DNA of 64,000 nt from Candidatus Heimdallarchaeota archaeon (lineage in GTDB: Archaea; Asgardarchaeota; Heimdallarchaeia; Hodarchaeales; Hodarchaeaceae): positions 2,610,155-2,674,154 of the forward strand of contig CP070695.1 of the NCBI GenBank assembly GCA_020353515.1. The letters run 5' to 3'. Below the pieces are notes generated by a model. It was not told the origin of the DNA and searched no databases. It worked only from the letters and a program-made list of their open reading frames with translations. Each line of letters opens with the position of its first letter. Within the stretch, counting starts at the first letter, position 1. The translations under genes were made by a program, and so were the position numbers. This document shows positions 60,379-64,000 of the stretch, piece after piece.

Positions 60379-62205
60379 ATGTGCGGAATCATTGCAATAA
60401 CTACTAGTTCAAAAACTAATGTTTCTAAGATGATCACTGATAGTTTAAAAAAACTTGAGTATCGCGGTTATGATAGCGTGGGAGTTGCTACCATAAATAA
60501 CGGGAAAATTGAAATCTTAAAAGATATTGGAATGATTGATAAAGTCAATAAGAGATTATCTTTGGAGAATCTTCGAGGAACTATCGGGATCGGCCACACT
60601 CGATGGGCTACTCACGGTGCGATTAACCAAGAAAACGCTCATCCACATTCAGATTGCAAGGGGAACATAATAGTTGTTCATAATGGGATAATTGAAAACT
60701 ATCTTGACCTGAAGAAAACCCTCAAAGAAAAGGGGCATTTTTTTTCATCAGAAACTGATTCAGAGGTTATTGCTCATCTTATGGAGGAAGAACTAAAACA
60801 AGATAATCCAAACTCATCAAAGATTAACGCATTCAAGAGAGTAATAAATAAAATAGAAGGAACTTATGCGATTACATTAATACACTCCAAAGATCCTGAA
60901 ACGATCTTTTTAGCCCGAAAAGATAGTCCTTTAGTTATTGGAGTTCGGGAGGATACGAAATTTGCTGCGAGTGATATCCCTGCGTTTTTAGAGTATACAA
61001 AACAAGTTATTGTTCTTAAAAATGGTGAAATTGCCACACTAACCCCTCAAGCTGTCTATATTGAAAAAAATGGCTTTAGGGTACAACCTAAACCTGTCAT
61101 TATCTCTTGGACAGCCGAAAGCGCACAAAAAAGTGGTTATCCCCATTTTATGTTGAAAGAAATTCATGAACAGCCAATTGCTCTTAAAAACACTTTGAAT
61201 ATTGACCCCCGTGTTATTGAGAAAGCCTCTAATAAAATTTTAGAAGCAGAACGAATTATTTTTTTGGCTTGTGGTACAAGTTACCATGCAGGATTATCTG
61301 GTTATCACCAGTTTCAACGTATTCTCAAAAAAAGACCTTTGTACAAAGTAATCGCTTCTGAATACGAAACATACTCACATCTAATTGATGAAGATACTTT
61401 AATCATTGCTGTCAGTCAATCTGGTGAAACATTAGATGTTATGAAAGGACTAGGGGCAGCTCGCAAAACTAGGGCTTCGATTATTTCAGTAGCCAATGTT
61501 ATTGATTCTTCTATTCCCCGATTGAGTCAGATCGCTCTTTATACTAAAGCAGGCCCAGAAATTGGTGTTGCTGCAACCAAAACTCATACTGCACAGGTTG
61601 CTCTCCTAGCACGATTAGCTCTTCAGATAGAACATGATGTCGGTCTTCTTAACACAACTGAGTTCAATGAAAATCTTGGTACTCTTGTTACAGAAGCACC
61701 TCAAATAACTCGTACAATTATCAATCAAAATGAATTCAAAGCAAAGGAATTAGCAGCAAAGATATCTAATCAAAATCATGCTTATTTTCTTGCCAGGGGA
61801 TATAATCTGCCCATTGCATTAGAAGGGGCATTGAAACTCAAAGAAATTTCATACATTCATGCTGAAGCATTTCCTGCAGGTGAAAGTAAACATGGACCTA
61901 TCGCAATTGTAGAACCAGATTTTCCAGTTGTTATAATTTCTCCAAATGATTGGACCGCAAAAAAGATGTTGAGCAGCACTGAAGAAATGCGTGCTCGAGG
62001 CGCATATATCATTTCAGTCACAGAAGAAGGTCATAATATTATCGAACGATCTGATTATCCATTTATTCTACCTACATCTCTTTCTTTACTCAGACCGATA
62101 ACTCATATCTTGCCTTTGCAAATGTTAGCCTATTATGCTGCAGTTAAAAGGGGTTTTGATCCTGATAAACCAAAAAATTTGGCTAAAACAGTGACAGTTG
62201 AATAA
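60379..62205 (+). CDS. glmS: Glutamine-fructose-6-phosphate transaminase (isomerizing)
   Basis: MCGI, LEYRGYDS, GHTRWATHG, SQSGET, ALKLKE, KHGP, KNLAKTVTVE. Confidence 0.98.
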   Translation: MCGIIAITTSSKTNVSKMITDSLKKLEYRGYDSVGVATINNGKIEILKDIGMIDKVNKRLSLENLRGTIGIGHTRWATHGAINQENAHPHSDCKGNIIVVHNGIIENYLDLKKTLKEKGHFFSSETDSEVIAHLMEEELKQDNPNSSKINAFKRVINKIEGTYAITLIHSKDPETIFLARKDSPLVIGVREDTKFAASDIPAFLEYTKQVIVLKNGEIATLTPQAVYIEKNGFRVQPKPVIISWTAESAQKSGYPHFMLKEIHEQPIALKNTLNIDPRVIEKASNKILEAERIIFLACGTSYHAGLSGYHQFQRILKKRPLYKVIASEYETYSHLIDEDTLIIAVSQSGETLDVMKGLGAARKTRASIISVANVIDSSIPRLSQIALYTKAGPEIGVAATKTHTAQVALLARLALQIEHDVGLLNTTEFNENLGTLVTEAPQITRTIINQNEFKAKELAAKISNQNHAYFLARGYNLPIALEGALKLKEISYIHAEAFPAGESKHGPIAIVEPDFPVVIISPNDWTAKKMLSSTEEMRARGAYIISVTEEGHNIIERSDYPFILPTSLSLLRPITHILPLQMLAYYAAVKRGFDPDKPKNLAKTVTVE

Positions 62206-62231
62206 AAGGGGAAAGTGACGACACTCTTCAA

Positions 62232-62552
62232 TTATACTTTAATTTCATAGGCATTAGATTGTTTTTCTTCTTCCTCCTCATCTACCGATATTCGATAAAA
62301 TTTATTTTCATTACCTACCTGTACACAGATAGCTCCAGGAAGATGATGTCGTGGATCTAATTTTTCAGAGAAATCGTGAAAATGTCGGACAATTTCGTCT
62401 CTAGTCTCTGAAACTGCAATTACTCGACTACCATATAACAACACCCACTTCCCCTTGCAAATTGCTTTCCTTAAAAGAGCCTGTATGCTCCAATAAGATT
62501 TTTCCTCTTGAAGATAATGATCTAGGAGTGTCAAACGATTTCTTCCGTACAA
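62232..62552 (-). CDS. Small hypothetical protein (DUF5678-like)
   Basis: GKWV......VIA......E pattern. Confidence 0.5.
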   Translation of the reverse strand: MYGRNRLTLLDHYLQEEKSYWSIQALLRKAICKGKWVLLYGSRVIAVSETRDEIVRHFHDFSEKLDPRHHLPGAICVQVGNENKFYRISVDEEEEEKQSNAYEIKV

Positions 62553-62778
62553 TTGATGACAATTGCATAGGCTGGAAAAAAATCATGTGACTACAAGATT
62601 AACTATTAAAAAAGCTTATGGTTGGCTATTTTTTCTACTAGAAAAAAGACCTACTATGATCATGAAATAATTTAATAACTACCAATGTGGAAATGAAAAG
62701 CCGAATTACTTTTTATATCTTGTTTTTTTCAGAGTAATTAGCGTTTTAATGTTCTATCCTAATAAATATTAAAAGAAA

Positions 62779-63327
62779 TTAAATTGGTTCGAAAAGAATC
62801 CAAAAATGAAGAGCTAAACCTAAAAATAAGCTCATTAGAATTAAACGAATTGCAGAGCCAAAGATCCGCTCACGAATTGTCCGTTCTTTACTAGTTTCCA
62901 CAAAGAATATCAGCCACAAGGTTGATAAAATTCCTAATACTGAAAAAATCAATGCGAGAGGATAATAAAGATTCTCATCAAAGTAGACAAGATTTCCAAA
63001 GAAATTTATATTTGGTTTCCAAGGAGGAAACTCCTCTGTTTCTGTTACATTTGTCCCCTCTGTTTCTTCGGCTGATGTTTGAGTTGGCGTTTCTGCTGTT
63101 GTATTTGTATCATCTTGTGCAATTACTCTTGGTACCTTGATTTTTATTGGTGAAATTTCTAGTTTAGATTTGTCTTCCTCTATATCTACCTGTGATATAT
63201 CCATTATCGAATTTTGAGAAGTGAAAACTATTGAGATCGAGATGACATTACTGAGGATAATCATTGAAATAATGGTGATAATTAGGCATTGGTTAAGTTT
63301 AGGGGACATTATTTTTCCTTTCTCCAA
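62779..63327 (-). CDS. Membrane protein: N-terminal TM, Thr/Glu-rich linker, two C-terminal TMs
   Basis: Hydrophobicity pattern, TTAETPTQTSAEETEGTN linker. Confidence 0.65.
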   Translation of the reverse strand: MEKGKIMSPKLNQCLIITIISMIILSNVISISIVFTSQNSIMDISQVDIEEDKSKLEISPIKIKVPRVIAQDDTNTTAETPTQTSAEETEGTNVTETEEFPPWKPNINFFGNLVYFDENLYYPLALIFSVLGILSTLWLIFFVETSKERTIRERIFGSAIRLILMSLFLGLALHFWILFEPI

Positions 63328-63529
63328 GGATAGGGCTTAAATTGAAGCCTTTTTAATCGAATTTGGCTTAAAAAGGGATCTTTAAAAAACGTTCCTTTAA
63401 AACAAGTTTCTTAGTCTTTTTTGAAAGGTTTCATTCAGAATAGTCTGAACTATCAAAAAGAATATAGTTAGAGTAAAAAAAGGATTTTTCAGCTCTACTG
63501 GAATTGTAGAGAAACCATTTGGAATTAAA

Positions 63530-63623
63530 GCGCTGATGGTCTAGTCTGGTCTAGGACTCCAGCCTTCCATTCTCATTGAAGAGAAGATAGCTGGCTACCC
63601 GGGTTCAAATCCCGGTCGGCGCA
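63530..63623 (+). tRNA. tRNA-Gly(TCC) with 19-nt intron (63570-63588) at position 37/38
   Basis: Acceptor GCGCTGA/TCGGCGC+A, anticodon stem CCAGC/GCTGG, T-arm CCGGG-TTCAAAT-CCCGG; bulge-helix-bulge with CUUC/GAAG helix and 3-nt bulges. Confidence 0.95.
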
Positions 63624-63643
63624 TTTTTTCTTTGTTATTAGCT

Positions 63644-64000
63644 TCATGAAGGGATATACCGTAAAATTGCACAAATCCCTCCAAAATTTTGTATTTGGCG
63701 TCCTTCTTCTGTTTGGGGATTGATTATTTCGATTGTGGCACCTGTTTTTTCGGCCATATCCCCCAAATCCATAATGAGGTCTTTTTGTTTAATTTCCCAC
63801 TTAATTACATTACACTGAGAACACTGTTGTTTTTGTAGCACAGATATATAATTTTCTACTTCATCTGGTTTTACTGTTTTCTCTTCTTTATAACCACAAT
63901 TCTGACATTCAGCTTCTATTCGTATTAAATCTATCCCTTTTGAGACTAACAAGATTTCAACAGCTCCCATCTGAAGGTTCTTTCGAACTTCCTTTTCTCC
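63644..64000 (-). CDS. prf1: Peptide chain release factor aRF1, C-terminal part (runs off window)
   Basis: GEKEV...L.MGAVE.LL.S, Zn-ribbon minidomain (CQNC...CSQC), TEEG.Q...FGGI.AILRY. Confidence 0.88.
   Translation of the reverse strand, partial: GEKEVRKNLQMGAVEILLVSKGIDLIRIEAECQNCGYKEEKTVKPDEVENYISVLQKQQCSQCNVIKWEIKQKDLIMDLGDMAEKTGATIEIINPQTEEGRQIQNFGGICAILRYIPS

Noticed and set aside
3798-63140. Numerous short antisense or overlapping ORFs in the track (e.g. 5322-5642, 15082-15363, 20653-21093, 31499-31906, 42609-42962)
   Set aside because: They lie opposite or within well-supported genes and carry no motifs
1-64000. CRISPR array or rRNA genes
   Set aside because: No regularly spaced repeats and no rRNA-like sequence seen
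63644-64000. Pelota/Dom34
   Set aside because: The Zn-ribbon minidomain and TEEG.Q motif fit aRF1 better

Overview
This window is archaeal chromosome, most likely from an Asgard (Heimdallarchaeia/Hodarchaeales-like) organism; that assignment is inferred from an Arf-type GTPase, a profilin-like protein and the archaeal information-processing genes. Core content: a replication cluster (cdc6, gins23, mcm with a 526-aa LAGLIDADG intein, hel308); HDAC/AcuC; ribosome-biogenesis genes (NSUN/Nop2, Nip7, RLI1, Tsr3, AK6); L7Ae-S28e-L24e; a six-gene archaeal-type mevalonate operon (mvk, ubiD, acnX-L, acnX-S, ubiX, fni); pgk; topoisomerase IA; glmS; RNase P RNA; intron-containing tRNA-Gly(TCC); and the 3' part of aRF1. 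The most notable unexplained structures are: (1) a 52-bp direct repeat of the RNase P RNA 3' end that brackets a CLC channel gene, suggesting an integrase-less islet inserted into rnpB; (2) an AT-rich accessory island encoding an opine dehydrogenase, a B12-binding mutase-like enzyme, a RuvC-less TnpB half, an EamA exporter and a GNAT; (3) a wHTH/coiled-coil plus Zn-finger/polyproline two-gene operon behind four palindromic boxes spaced about 75 bp apart; (4) several unannotated eukaryote-like proteins (profilin-, Vps28-CTD-, DPM2- and SNAP-like); (5) a diverged duplicate of the HDAC 3' half bracketing a broken ORF. All family calls were made by eye from motifs; no database searches were run.
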